From Amoebidium appalachense (lineage: Eukaryota; Protista; Ichthyosporea): a DNA stretch of 64,000 nucleotides. Below the pieces are notes generated by a model that had not been told where the DNA came from, did not search any database, and was given only the letters and a program-made list of their open reading frames with translations. Position 1 is the first letter of the stretch. Each line of letters starts with the position of its first letter. The stretch spans positions 8,200,907 to 8,264,906 of the forward strand of contig CAVNZM010000001.1 of the NCBI GenBank assembly GCA_963693365.1. Reading direction: 5' to 3'. Positions 1 to 35,283 of the stretch are shown here, one piece after another. The position numbers and the translations under genes were made by a program.

Positions 1-84
1 GTGCAGTTGGACGGAGCTAGGGAGGATGGATGGATGGGGTGTGTTTGGTGGTGGTGGCAGTGGGGGGTGGGTGGGTGGGTGGGT

Positions 85-119
<35 letters not shown>

Positions 120-262
120 TTGTTGTTGTTGTTTGGGGGGGGGGGGGGGGGGGGGATTTGAGGATGCGTGTAGGGGTGGTGTACCTTTTTTTCTTTTTTT
201 TTGCTTTTTCGGTTTTTTTTGTTTTTCTTTTTTTCTTTTTGTTTTCCTTTCCTTTTTTTTTT

Positions 263-313
<51 letters not shown>

Positions 314-454
314 GGGGGTGGATGAGGGGAAGGGGGACGTGGGAAGGGCGGGTTGCATGCATGCACTCCGGGTGCTCCAGTGTGTGTGGGGGGAGGGGGG
401 GGGGGGGGTTGAGGGAGGGGTGCGAACCCCCCCAATCCTGTGATCACACACGCG

Positions 455-494
<40 letters not shown>

Positions 495-525
495 CATAGG
501 CACGTGCACTCTGCTTGCAGGCACG

Positions 526-563
<38 letters not shown>

Positions 564-674
564 AGAGAGAGGAGAGAGAGAGAGACAGAGAAACACAGGC
601 ACATACGATCTCTCACTTTCATTTCTCGATTTTCCATCCTTGCTAATTTCCATATCTGCCCCCCTCTCTCCCCG

Positions 675-706
<32 letters not shown>

Positions 707-1090
707 TGCTCATGCTCTCTCTCCCTCCCCTGCTTTCTCCCTCCCACCCTTTTCCTCTCTCCGTCCACCCCCCTCCCAACATCCGCATCTTTCCCCTCTC
801 ACCCCCCTCCCCTTCCCCTTCCTCCCCAAATCCCCCCTCCCCCTCCCCCCCCTCCCCCCCCCCCCTATAACCACCACCATCACCACCACCACACCCACAC
901 CCACACATACACACCCATTCCCCCGCCACACACACACACACACTCTCTCTCTCTCTCTCTCTTTCTCTCCCTCTCTCCCTCCCCCCACCCCCTCCCTCTT
1001 CCCTCCTCCCTCCTCCTCCCTCTCCCCCTTTCCCCCCCCCTCTCCCCCCCTCCCCCCTCCCCCTCCCCCTCCTCCCCTCGGATAATGCAG

Positions 1091-3082
1091 CGCGGATAGC
1101 GGGGGAGGTAGACGAGGAGTACGAGGAGATGACACAGGCGGTGTCAAAGTGGAACATGGTGAACCGCATGAAGATCTGGATGATCCAGTTTCTGCAGAAC
1201 CACGGCTTTTGGGGTGTGCTGCTCATGAGCGCATGGCCTAATATGGCATTCGACCTGTGCGGTGCGTGTTTGTTTGATTACATGATTACAAACACACCCT
1301 GTTATGCACTTAATGTTGGTTTCTTGTTTATTGTTTCTATCGAGGTGGTACACAACCCAAGGGGGTGCATGCACACATTTGCTAGGAACACATACACCGG
1401 AGGAGAGTACACCGAAAGAGAATACATACACCGGAAGAGAAAAACACACACACCGGTGAGAGAATGTGTGCACACACTTGCAGAAAACGCACACACCTGC
1501 GTCGCCGTTACACCCAGCTTGACATTATGCATATTTGTTCTGCTCCATCTACTTGTGTGCGTGCGTGCGTGCGTGCGTACGCATGTGTGTGTGTTTGTGT
1601 GTGTGTGTGTGTGCGTGCGTGCGTGTGTGTGCGTGTGAACGTGTGTGTGTGTCTTGGACCTAGAGGGCAGGCAGAGGGGTGGGATTTTTTTTTAAATTCG
1701 TTTCTTTTTTTTTCTTTTCTCTGTTTCCTTATTTCTTTCTTTCTTCCGTTCTCCTTTCTTTCTTTCTTTTTTTTCGAGCGCTGATGTATGTTGTTTTGCT
1801 TTTAGGGATCTGCTGTGGGCACTTTCTGATGCCGTTTTGGACGTTCTTTGGGGCCACCCTGATCGGCAAGGCTGTGATCAAGGTCAACATGCAGGCAGGT
1901 AGGGCATATATATATGTGCACTAGCAGCGGTTTACGTGTGTGCATACACGTGCACACACGGAAAGCGCGTGCATAGGCACAGGTGCAGCCGTGTGCACGA
2001 GCATGGACACACATGCACGAAAGCACCTGCACACATGCGAGCCGATGACATACACGTAATTGCGCTTCGTAGACGTTTGCACACATGTTTGGAACGCGCG
2101 AGCACATGGACACATGTAAGCATATGCGCGCATGTAGTTACATTGGAGTTTACGCATGTATACACACACAAGAGCACATGGCCACTCGTACTTGCATTTG
2201 CGTACACATACAAGGACATGAACACACGTACGCACACACACACACAAGCACAAGAACATGCACAGGGCTTGCATGCACTCGAGTGCATACACGCGCACAC
2301 ATGTGCACACACATGTGATTTCAAAACACGCGCACTTACACACACGTGCTGTGCGCACGCACACATATACAGAAAACGAGCATGTGCACGTGAACACGGA
2401 TGTGCACATATAGAGATTGCACGGGGACGGGCACGTACGAGGGCACTGGTACAGCACAGTGTACACTGCATGTATTTCACTCACTCACACGTACTTCACT
2501 CTAACCGAACCATCCCCCCCTTGTTCTTCCTTCCACCTCGGCCCCCACACCCCGTACCACCTTCCTACCATTTCCTCCAAGCACCAACACATGCCCCTTC
2601 CCCCTCTCCCTCCTTCACACGCACGCACACACACGCACGCTCGCACGCGCGCACCAACACACACATGCATTCCTCCTTCCTTCCTCCCTCCTCCTCCCCC
2701 TCCCCCCCCCCCATTCCCCCCAAACCCGCCCACCCACCAACCCCCTCCCCCCAGCCACACCCACCCACATGCGCCCCCCCCCCCCCCTCTCCCCACCTGC
2801 CCACCCACCCACCCCGAACACACGTACACACACAGTGTTCTTCATCACTCTCTTCACCGACCGGTACCTTGAGCGTGTGGTGGGTGTAGTCGACCAACTC
2901 ACCCCCGAGGGGCTGAAGCTAGGAGACCAGGTGGAGGAATTCCTGATGAAGCAGCAGCAGAGGTTCCATGATAGGAGGGGACAGGGGGGGAATAAGGAGG
3001 ATGCATTGCTGGCTAGGCTGGGCAACTATGTGATGGTGGCTTTCATTGCCTGGTAAGAGAGTTTTTTTTTGTTTTTGTTTTT

Positions 3083-3114
<32 letters not shown>

Positions 3115-3773
3115 GGAAGAGGGGAGGAGGGGGGGTAATTTGGGTGGGGGGAGGGGGGGGGAGGGGGGGATTGTTTGTTTGTTTGTTTGTTTTTGTTTTG
3201 TTAGTTCGTGTTGTGTTGTGCATTCATGGATGCACTGCTGGCTAGGCTGGGCAACGATGTTATGGTGGCTTTCATTGCCTGGTAAGTAGAGGGTTGTTGT
3301 TGGTTGTGTAATGGGCTTGATTTGCCCTCTTTTTTTGGCCCCCCCCCCCCCCCCCCCCCCTTTTTTTTACCTCTCTATTTTTCTGTCATTTTTGTTGTGG
3401 GTGGCAATGAGGGATGAAGAGAGATGAGAAGAGAGGATGAAGTGTCTTTTGTGTTTTCTGCTTGCTTTATACATAGTTTGATTTTTTTGGATGCAGAAAA
3501 GGCGTGGCCGGTTGCTGTGGTGGTGGCAATGGCGGTGGGGGGGATGTTTGGTTAGGTGTTGTGTGTGTCGTGGGGGGGGGGGGGGGGGGGAGGGGAGGGG
3601 GGAGGGGAGGGAGGGAGAGAGGGGGGGGGGGGGGGGGGGGGGGGGCATCAGAAATGAATCCAATTGAGGGAAAGGCTTACTGCGTGCATGGGCTAGAGTC
3701 CAGTTGCCATTCTACACGTTGCTTCGTTTCCATGTACGTGTCGGTGTGCGTGTGTGCGTGCGTGTGTGTGTGT

Positions 3774-3820
<47 letters not shown>

Positions 3821-4118
3821 AATGGAATAATACAATTGAGGGGAAGGGTTGCTGGGTTAATGGGCTAGAGGTTTGAGTGCAGGTGCCATCTGACGTTTGC
3901 ATTCATTCACGTGTGTGCGTGCAACGCGCACTCTTGCGTGTATACATGTAACCGGTGTACGTTTTAACACGGTAGGCTGACACCATGACGCCTTTAACCC
4001 TCTCAGGTTTGCTCTTTCTTGCATCGAGCAGTTTGCACAGAAGAGGGCTGCAGACATGGACAATGAAGAGCTCGATAGGTTGCAGGATGCAAAGATGCAC
4101 AAGCAAAAGGAGGAGTGA
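1091..4118 (+). CDS. VMP1: Vacuole membrane protein 1 (VMP1/TMEM49, DedA/SNARE-associated family), 3' exons; 5' exons lie upstream of the window
   Basis: Exons 1091-1261, 1806-1898, 2836-3052, 4007-4118 are GT-AG and phase-consistent. They give ...[49 protein letters not shown]..., the VMP1 signature ([31 protein letters not shown]). TGA stop at 4116-4118. Confidence 0.93.
3228..3286 (+). repeat. Intronic duplicate of a VMP1 exon 3' end including the splice donor
   Basis: 59-bp copy of 2999-3057 with 3 mismatches, ending ...gcctg|gtaag. Confidence 0.9.
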
Positions 4119-4139
4119 GGGGATATGGGTGGTTTTTAA

Positions 4140-4500
4140 CATTGGGGTTAAACAGAGGACGATTGTTGGGGTTAAAAGATTTGAAAGTGGCGGAGTGTGG
4201 GGGGTGTCTAAGAAAATTGCTGATTGCTGAGTTAAGAAGAAGGTCGATTTCTCGGTTCAAAAATGGCTGATTGTGGGGGTTAAGGAAGGGGCCATTATTT
4301 GAGTTAGAAAGAAGGTCGATTGTTGGGGTTAAAAAAAATAAAGGCGGAAGGAATGAACGTTAGGGTTAGAAAAAAAATGCCTAGAGGTTGCACAAGTCAG
4401 ATCAAAGGAAGACCGAGGAATGGAAAGCTTGGATGCTGTATAGGGGGTTAAAGAAAAGGGTACGGATGTGGGATGGAGTGAAAGCATTTGGGGTTAACAC
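4140..4500. repeat. Degenerate minisatellite rich in (GATTGT)GGGGTTAA
   Basis: Recurrent gattgttggggttaa / gagtta / tagggtta motifs at roughly 20-30 bp spacing downstream of the VMP1 stop. Confidence 0.5.
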
Positions 4501-4542
4501 ACAGTAATGCATTGAGGGGACGAGCATTAATATCAGGGTGGG

Positions 4543-4588
<46 letters not shown>

Positions 4589-5053
4589 GGAAGAGTAAGT
4601 GTGTGTTTGGGTTCTTTGTCTTTCTTCCTTTCTTTCTTCTCTCGTTGTTTTTTTTGTTTTGGTTTTTTTGGACCGCATGTGCCGAAAAGGGAGGAGATGG
4701 GGTATTGTTGATTTAGTATGTGATAGGGAGCATAAGCCATGTATCGTTGGCACATGCAGGCGGTAATTTGTTCTATTGTTCAGAGGGGAGCCAGGTGCCC
4801 CCACATGTGTCAGTGGTGGTTGACCCTGGCAGCAGGCTGCAGGGCACCCCATATCTCGAGTATTCTTTGCACGTACGTTCACGAATATAGCAATGAATCA
4901 TATTGTGAATATTTGTGTGGGTTTGCTTACCGATAGTAACCTGATCCCCCCTTCTACACCACCACCACTTGCGAACACAACGCATACACGTGCACATTCT
5001 GATATGCACACACACACACATCTCGCATACCTTGCATGCCAACACACAAACAT

Positions 5054-5087
<34 letters not shown>

Positions 5088-5127
5088 TGACACACGATGC
5101 ACGCACGCATGCGCACACATACACACG

Positions 5128-5174
<47 letters not shown>

Positions 5175-5350
5175 ACACACACACACACACACACACACAC
5201 ACCTTCCCCCGGGTCCCAATTCCGGTATTTTCACCTGAGCTTGCACTGTGACGTCGACATGCATTCCATCGCTCAGTGGCTATGAATGATACGTACTAGA
5301 GCCGACATTTGAGATGCCAAAATATGCAATAATTACCACAGCGCATCAAA

Positions 5351-5908
5351 TTTTCTAGGGTGTATGATTCCCATTTCTAATGCCCGTGCAAAATGTCCTA
5401 TCCCCACTTAAGTTATCTCTTATTCAGAGATATCCTTTTACTAAGTTTATCTCCTTTGTTTTTTTCTTCAACTATCTATCAGCAGTATGTTACTTGGTTT
5501 CATACTCGGTATCCTTTGCTTCATTGTTGTGATTAAGAGTATCACGGTAGGACTCTTGAGCCTGTGCTTATTTTTCTTTTAGTGACTCGCCTCTTTTCTT
5601 TACAATCGATGTGTAAATTAGCTACTTATATTCATCCTTCCTCTCGTAAACCTACTACCCTTACTGATAAATTTGCAATCCTAACCCCGTCTTGCGATAT
5701 TGCTTGGAAATGTTTATTTTGGCGTTGTAATCTTTCTTTTCATAAACGTTTGTTCCACTTTTGCGCGGAATCCTTATCTCGTAAACACTTAGATAGATGC
5801 ATTTATTTATCTCAGATTATTCCGTTAGAAGTTCGCAGACTGGCTTATTTAGATAATCCTGATATTACATCTATTGATTGTCTAATGAGTTTTCTAGGGT
5901 GTATGATT
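5351..5908 (+). mobile_element. Probable 5'-truncated non-LTR retrotransposon remnant flanked by a 19-bp direct repeat
   Basis: Exact TTTTCTAGGGTGTATGATT at 5351-5369 and 5890-5908 brackets an AT-rich, SSR-free insert. Decayed + frames give KCPIPT*...E...C and DIAWKCLFWRCNLSF, reminiscent of a LINE ORF2 C-terminus (inference). Confidence 0.5.
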
Positions 5909-6168
5909 GTTTTAGTCATCATCTCCTCGATGTCCGAGAGTAGGGGGGGTTTTGTGTTTCTTCTTCACTGAGATATCTGTGACATCTCGATTGCCTCTAC
6001 TTTGACGAGCATTTCAAAATAGTCATTATAAAAATTTAAAAAAATCGCTGTACACGCACACACGTGCCGAGTACACACAAACATTGTGCAGTAGCACACA
6101 CATGTGTGGACACGGGCGCAAGTTTGCGGGCACACAAGAGCACCCCCCCCCCCCCCCCCCCCCCCTGC

Positions 6169-6209
<41 letters not shown>

Positions 6210-7327
6210 CCCCCCCCCCTCCACACACACACACACACGTACACACACACGAACCCAGTGCCCGCCCAACCACCACGATCTCTACCGCCACCACCACCAC
6301 CCGAGCCCACCCCTACACCCCCACCCAAACACACACATGATGCATTATAAAAAGGAAATGAAAAGAAATCAAGAACTTCGGATAATGTATATATACATAT
6401 GTACAGCGCGCTCTGTAGCTCAATTTTGTTAGGCTGTACTCGTCGAGGCAGCATGCATGATCCGAGCATCAGCACGTACTCCATGAATTATGAACTATTG
6501 ACTCTTCATTGTTTTGTTGTGTAACCCCCGTCCTACCTCCACACCACGCCCCCACATCTAGATTTTACTGGGTATGATATACCGGCACAGCAGCACCAAT
6601 CACATCAAGTGTTATTTTTTCAGTTTTACATAGTGTACAATGCCACGGTCTCGCGTGCATGATAAACCCGTACTATTTGATCACTCACAATCAGTATACG
6701 ATGCTTCGTGTGCATACAGACCCTCGCGATTTAGTGTTGACTTTACTATTTAAGAAGCACATCGTGTACACAATCTCGCATCTGCAAGCACACAAACCCA
6801 TCAAATCACCTAATTCACCACACACTCATTCTGACCTAATTGAACAACTCTCTCTACCGGTGGTAGTGGGCGGGTTCTTAGTGGCTGAAGGGCAGTGCTT
6901 ACGCCAGCACTGCGCCAACTTAGCCAAAAGGAACCGGCACACACCCTACCTGGGACAGCCCAAAAACATCAGCACACGGTTTAAATTTCTGTGGTACTCA
7001 ACTCACAATCGATCTCGATCAACCCTGAGATTACATGATTACCACCGCGGTCATCACCAGCGACCCTTATTTCTAATTTTCAATAACTTCAACGAACGGA
7101 TGTTGTCTTTTCATAATACATCACTGCTAAAAAATAGAACCAATCAAATCATGATTAATCAATTTAATGACATCCTACATTTTCGACCGCAAATCTTTTA
7201 GATTTTCCAAATTTACCATACTGCATCATCAAACATTGCGTATCTACCCATTCAAATTCATATCACATCACTCACTTCAACACCAATCCCGCATGATATT
7301 ATAAATATATAAGCACAAACCAACCAA

Positions 7328-14391
<7,064 letters not shown>

Positions 14392-15464
14392 GTTTAAACT
14401 ATCTTTTACGCCCGTAACGGGCACCTTTGAGAGTTGTGCTGCTATGTGGTTGGTGGTGTCCACTACTCCAATAACAAATGACTTACTGAGGTTGGTGTTA
14501 CACGCACGTGTGTGGCAAAAACCTTTGGTTTGGCTCCTAACCAAACCTCTTCTTTCAAATTTAAAGGTACGTTCCTGTTATTTCTTTACACCAGTAATGT
14601 CAGTAATAAGCAAGGCCAGAACGTTATCGAAAGAAACGACGTGGCCTTTTAGTAGTACTTCACTAAGTCGTGCGTTCACTTCGCTGTTCACTTTGTTCAA
14701 ATGAAATACAAGCCCTTGGCACTGCAATCCTGAACCCAAGTAGATGACTCAATTGCTCACTGTTTATGCAATGGCATGCGAAAAAAGTGAACCGTTGGGC
14801 TAAAATAACATCAACTCTAGGTCTTATTTCATCACAAAATGTGCTATTTGGAGTAAAATACTTGCAAAAGGTATGATCCGAGTCACAGGACCAACTTTAA
14901 ACAAAACAAAAAGGTGAGCCACGAAAGCCTGGCAGAGCCAACAGCCACGCGTTGATTCGACGATGCACGATAAGCAGATGAATGATGATTGGAAGACACT
15001 AAAACTAGATGCTTTACTGACTCTAAACCAATCAAAAAGGGATGTGCCAGTGCCTTTAGCTATATATATGGCTTTCCCGCGCAGATCTAATATCCGTTAT
15101 CTTATATATAATTCGTTTTATTCGTCACAATAAATCTTGAAATTCGCCGATTCTCAAGAACGCTTTTTCCCGCGCAGATCTAATATCCGTTATCTTGTAT
15201 ATAATTCGTTTTATTCGTCACAATAAATCTTGAAATTCGCCGATTCTCAAGTTTTTGATTGGTTGAAAGTTTTATTGGGAGCCAGTAGAGATCTCGGCTT
15301 TTGGCGCGGCCCGCCCCGATTTGAAAACTTGCATTCCTGTGCACGTGCGTGTACGGTGTGCGTGTCTGTGCCGAGACTGTGCGTACGTACGTGCGTGTGG
15401 CGTGCATATCAAGAACGTGTTTGGTCTACCACGGAATACACGTGTATTCAGTAGCGCGCACACC
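14392..15464. promoter_or_regulatory. Bidirectional promoter region between the BTB-WD40 gene and HIS6
   Basis: Divergent start codons ~1.07 kb apart. The region is SSR-free, with oppositely oriented CCAAT motifs (aaccaatcaaaaa ~15027; tttttgattggtt ~15252). Confidence 0.6.
15072..15251. repeat. ~90-bp tandem duplication in the promoter
   Basis: ttcccgcgcagatctaatatccgttatctt...gccgattctcaag occurs at ~15072-15158 and ~15162-15251, near-identical. Confidence 0.95.
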
Positions 15465-24671
<9,207 letters not shown>

Positions 24672-25154
24672 ATTTAAATGCATGAATGGGTTGAGTTGAT
24701 TGACCACATAGTTTTATATAAAAATTTTGTGTGCTGAAACTTATCATAAAGCTTGCCACAAATGAAAGATATAAAAACAATGCCGAATTTAATTAGGTGC
24801 AAATTGTAGTGTCGGCACCCTGGTGGAGTGTCCCAAAACTGCAGTTGCTTGTTGATTTGATTGGCCAAAAGTCATATGGGTGCTGGACACGAATGTATTG
24901 CATTGTTCACAAAGAATTACGATTTTCCGCGAGGATCCTTGTAAGAGTTTGCACTGGGCTGTTTGTTGTGGCATATGTGTGAACGTGCACATATTTTCTT
25001 TAAAGCGCCTAAAGCTCCTATGGTGGTGGAATCCGGCAAAAATGTGTGCATATATCTGTGTGTACATTTGGATTTGTGTTCGTTTGTCACTGGGTGTGTT
25101 TGTGTGTGTGTGTGTGCACGTGTATGTTCACAATGTGTGTGTTTGTGTGGGTGT

Positions 25155-25188
<34 letters not shown>

Positions 25189-25314
25189 TTGTCACGTTGC
25201 ACGATCATGGCCATGGTGTGTGTCCCCTCCCCCCCCCTCCCCCAGGCTGTCCTGTGGGTCCTTTCTCCGGGTTGTTTTTTTTTTTGTTTTTTTTTGTTTT
25301 GTTTTTTGTTCCGG

Positions 25315-25362
<48 letters not shown>

Positions 25363-25630
25363 GAAAATGTGTGCATATCTGTACATTTGGACGTGTTCGT
25401 TTGTTACTGGATGTGTTTGTGTGTGTCACAGTGGTGTGTGTGTGTGCACGTGTGTTTAACAATGTGTGTGTGTGTATGTCCGTGTCACGGTGAACGGTGT
25501 ACATGTGTGATTCTCTCTCTCTCTCCCCCCCCCCCCCAACACCACCACCACCACCACAAAAAAAAAAAAAAAAAAAAAGAAGGAGAAAAAAATGAAAAAG
25601 AAGAAAGAAAACGGATGAACCCACAGGAAG

Positions 25631-25659
<29 letters not shown>

Positions 25660-25661
<2 letters not shown>

Positions 25662-26085
25662 ATAGGGCAGTCTTCAGCGCGTACCTAAAAAAATGAAAAA
25701 ATCGCACATACGAGACGGACAGGACTTCAGAATTCAAGATTACGTCATGGCAGGGTTGCCTGATCCGCGGCCGCGGCACGTAAACTAAAAATGTCACAAC
25801 TGAAGTTTTGAAGCGCAGTCTGTTGCATGCACGTGAAAGCAATTTCTTTCTTTTTTTTTTTTTTTTTGTGTGTGTGTGTGTGTGTGTGGGTTGGGGGGGG
25901 GGGGGGGAGGGGGGAGGGGGGGGGAGGCAAAGGGTAGTCTTCAGCGCGTACCTAAAAAAATGAAAAAATCGCACATATGACGGACAGGACTTCTTCAAGA
26001 TAACGTCATGGAAGGCAGGGTTGTCCTGTGAGTTCTTTCTTTCTTTTTTTTTTTTTTTTTTTTTTTTGGTGTGTGTGTGTGTTGT

Positions 26086-26126
<41 letters not shown>

Positions 26127-26280
26127 ATAGGGTAGTCTTCAGCGTGTACCTAAGAAAATGAAAAAATCGCACATATGACGGACAGGACTTCTTCAAGATT
26201 ACGTCATGGAAGGCAGGGTTGCCTGATCCGCGGACGCAGCACGCAAAAATGTCACCACTGAAGTTTTGAAGTGCAGTCTG
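25660..26280 (+). repeat. Triplicated 100-160-bp upstream block of the MYND gene
   Basis: caatagggtagtcttcagcgcgtacctaaaaaaatgaaaaaatcgcacat...gcagggttg at 25660-25822, 25928-26028 (partial) and 26125-26280, each preceded by a poly-G tract. Copy 3 leads into gccATG at 26291. Confidence 0.92.
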
Positions 26281-26290
26281 AACTTCCGCC

Positions 26291-27663
26291 ATGTCCCACA
26301 CTACTACTACTCCCACACCTCCCCAGGGTGATGCCGTGGCCGAAAGTCTCCACTATTCCATACTTGCAGCCGCACAGCGTAGGAATGACTTCGGCGGCTT
26401 TCCCTACGTGTTGGTAACCGCTGATTCCCTACGGGAATTTGAAGACATGTACTCGAAGTTGTACGGCCTTGTTGCACAAACAAAAAGCCCCTTTGAGGTA
26501 ACCGAGGCAGATCACGCTGCAGGGCGCAAGCTGCAGGCAGAGTGTGAAAAAGACCCAAACGGTGTGCTTCTGTTTTACGGCGTCGGGGCGGTGGCACTAA
26601 GTGTGCTCTCCAAGAGCGTTGGTTGGCGGATTGAGATGAGCAACCATGGCTGTGATGTCGCCGTTATGTCAAAGGACAAGATGTTCGTAGTGCAAGTTGG
26701 TGCTGCGAGGAGTACCGTGAGCATTCGAACCTTGGAAGGAAGTGAAGTACGCGGTGTTGCTGGAAAACAAAAAATTCACGAGTTGCTACGAGCAGCACTT
26801 GAGCCTGCCGCACAGACAAAAGAATGGTTAGCGATCAGAGCTGTCTTCGCACAGGTGAAAGTGTCGCAAAAGGTGAGAAGCAAGGCATCACGGTACAGAA
26901 AAAATGCTCGAAATAAACACTCGGTTTCTCGATTACTTCATGGACTCCACAGGTGCCCTGTCCAACCGACAGTCACGACAGAACGAACCCAAACTTGCAA
27001 ATTCCGACCATACACTTTTCTTTTTGGTATTGAGCTACGCCCTATGCTTTGGCTATAGTTTTGCAAGATGAAGCCGCGGCCGGGAAGTTCGCTCGAATGG
27101 GGGTTAAGCAGGCAAGGGAACCGGCTGACGACGAAAGGAAGTTGTACTATCTGAACTGCCTAGGGAGACATTTGATTCGCGTTGGAAAGTTACACGAAGC
27201 GGAAGAAACATTCATCGAAGCGCAACAGTTTGTCGGCCGATCCTGTGTTACGGGCAAGCGGCAATGGTTGGAAGGTATCGCCTCGGAGTTGGCAATCCTC
27301 TACCTGGAGAACCGCGGCCGGATGGACCCATTCCATTTCAAAGCACGGGCGCTCTGGGACAGTCTTGGATTAAAGGACGGGGAGGTTGCTTTCGGGGGGT
27401 TTTCTAGGTCTCTTGATGATGCTGGCCGTCTCTGTTTCACACTTGATCGCCATCCAGATGCTGAGAGATTGGCAAAGGCAAAATATCTGGAGGAGGCCGA
27501 CACCCTCATGCGCAGTGTTTCATGTAACGGTTGCCTAAAACGCGGTAATTTTAAGCTCTGTGCTGGGTGCCAGAGGGTATCTTATTGTGGCCGCGAGTGC
27601 CAGATTGCTGACTGGAAGGAAGGGCACAAAGATGTTTGTAAGCAGCTGGCTTCGGAGAAGTAG
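26291..27663 (+). CDS. TPR-like / MYND zinc-finger protein; junction between the two ORFs unresolved (short intron or disruption)
   Basis: C-terminal CNGCLKRGNFKLCAGCQRVSYCGRECQIADWKEGHKDVC is a canonical zf-MYND. The preceding helices (YYLNCLGRHLIRVGKLHEAEETFIEA) are TPR-like. The N-terminal ORF runs from gccATG 26291. Candidate donors 26855/26873; candidate acceptors 26952/27111. Confidence 0.75.
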
Positions 27664-27811
27664 TAGTGAGTCTGGGTGCCCCATTGAGAGCCTGGATGGT
27701 TATGGCCCTTCTTAAGTGTGTTTGGAGCTAACGGTTGGTGGTGTCAGTAAGGGAGTGCGTGAAGTTGAGTTCGAGTGGTGTGTGTTTGTGTGTGTTTGTG
27801 TGTGTTGGGGG

Positions 27812-27845
<34 letters not shown>

Positions 27846-29071
27846 AAGTTTGAGCCTTGTGTGTGTGACGGTATGTATGTGTGTGTGTGTGTATGTAGCT
27901 TGTACATCACGGCAAAGTTGCTGATTGCTTGTCCAAATGTTTTGATGAGGTGGCTGTTCTTGCTTGAACGAGCGCCTTAGACTGATGCATGTATCATATA
28001 TTGAACCCCTGTATATAAGGTATGCCGCCTTGAGGTAGTACAGCTATGGATCCTGCAGTACCTTATGGCGATTTGTCCAGCCCCCCCCCCCCCCCCCCCC
28101 CCCCCCCCCCACCCCCCCTCCCCCTCCTCCCACACACACACACACGCGCCCGTACACATTCTAACTCCCCCTGTGGGATACGTACTGTACACGTGCAGGT
28201 GTCATGGAATGTGTGTGGGTGTGCGGGCGGGGGAGAGAGGAGGGGGGGGGGGGGGGGAGGGGGGGGGGGGGGCAAGAGCTTCTCGTTGGTGTATTGACAT
28301 TTGATGTACGTACTGTATGCATTTATGCATGCCCCTGTCGGGAGTCGGGAATGGTGGTGCTGGAAAGGACGTGGCAGCCGTGGCAGGAGTCGGGAGACAG
28401 CCGACGGCCATTTGTTTGTTCGTGTGTGTGGTGGTGGTGGCGGTGGTGGTTTGGTACATGAAGCTGAGGGACGGGGGGAAGGGGGGGGGGGGGGGGGGAG
28501 GGAGGGGGAGGGGGGAGGAGGAGGAGGAGGGAGGGAGGGAGAGGAGGAGGAGGAGGGAGGGAGGGAGAGGGGGTGGTGGAAGAGTATACTTGCAGGACAT
28601 GGTCTGGGTAACGAGGGCGGGTGAGAGTGGGAGGGGGGGTTTTCAAGGCCAAGGTACTGTTCTACATTTCGCGAACTTCGTGAACTATCGGAGAGAGTCG
28701 TCTATGACACCGACATATGTTCAAATATGGCAGCACCATATATATCAGCATATGTACATGTTATGCCCACGCCATCATTTTCATGCAATTTCACTCGGTT
28801 GGCCGGTTCTGCTAGATGTATTCTAGACAATCGATATCGGGGAGCCTTAAGCTCTTATATTTCCATGTTTCTACATACAACCAGTGTTGAACATAGGCGC
28901 ACAGAGCAGCTCACAATCAGTTTCCTATACGATGTACGCCTACGTGCATGTGAAATTGTACGAATGTGTCAGTGTGCGCTTGCCGGTGAGAGAGAGAGAG
29001 AGTGTGTGTGTGTGTGCGTGCGTACACGTGTGGTGTAAAGTGTGTGTTCGGGTGTCTGTGAAAGTATGTGA

Positions 29072-29103
<32 letters not shown>

Positions 29104-29301
29104 TGTCTGTGTGGGTGCATGTGTGTTAAGCATTTGACTATGCGTGTGCGCCAGCGTATGTCTCCACTATCCTCCAGAAATCCCCCAGCCCCCTCTCCCC
29201 CCTAACCTCGGAGTCGTCCATCCCCCCTCCTCCCTCCATCCCCCCCCCCCCCCTTCCCCCCCCCCCCCCCCCCCCCCCGGCTCCCCGCTTCATTATATTT
29301 C

Positions 29302-34901
<5,600 letters not shown>

Positions 34902-35086
34902 GGTTGATGAAGGAAAACGGAAGGAGTAGTGGTTGTGAAACAGTAGCTTTGAGAGAAACGAGAATGTTTTTCAAGTTTTGCTGTTTTGCCATCGATCGGA
35001 GACTTGAACTTTATCGTGATGCTCTTTCAGCCAATAAGATCGCTGCAGATCTATTCAAATAACCCTCCGACCTGAGTCCCCCGGCC

Positions 35087-35124
<38 letters not shown>

Positions 35125-35228
35125 CCCTCCATAGCTAGACCCTCCCTTTCCACCCTCCCCCCCCCCCCCTCCCCCCCCCCCCCCCTCCCCTCTTGGCTAC
35201 GTACCACGTGCACCACCACCATAAATTC

Positions 35229-35283
<55 letters not shown>

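Noticed and set aside
6659-7201. 180-aa + strand ORF
   Set aside because: It lies in the AT-rich 3' flank of the convergent BTB-WD40 gene, has no recognisable motif and shows non-coding-like composition.
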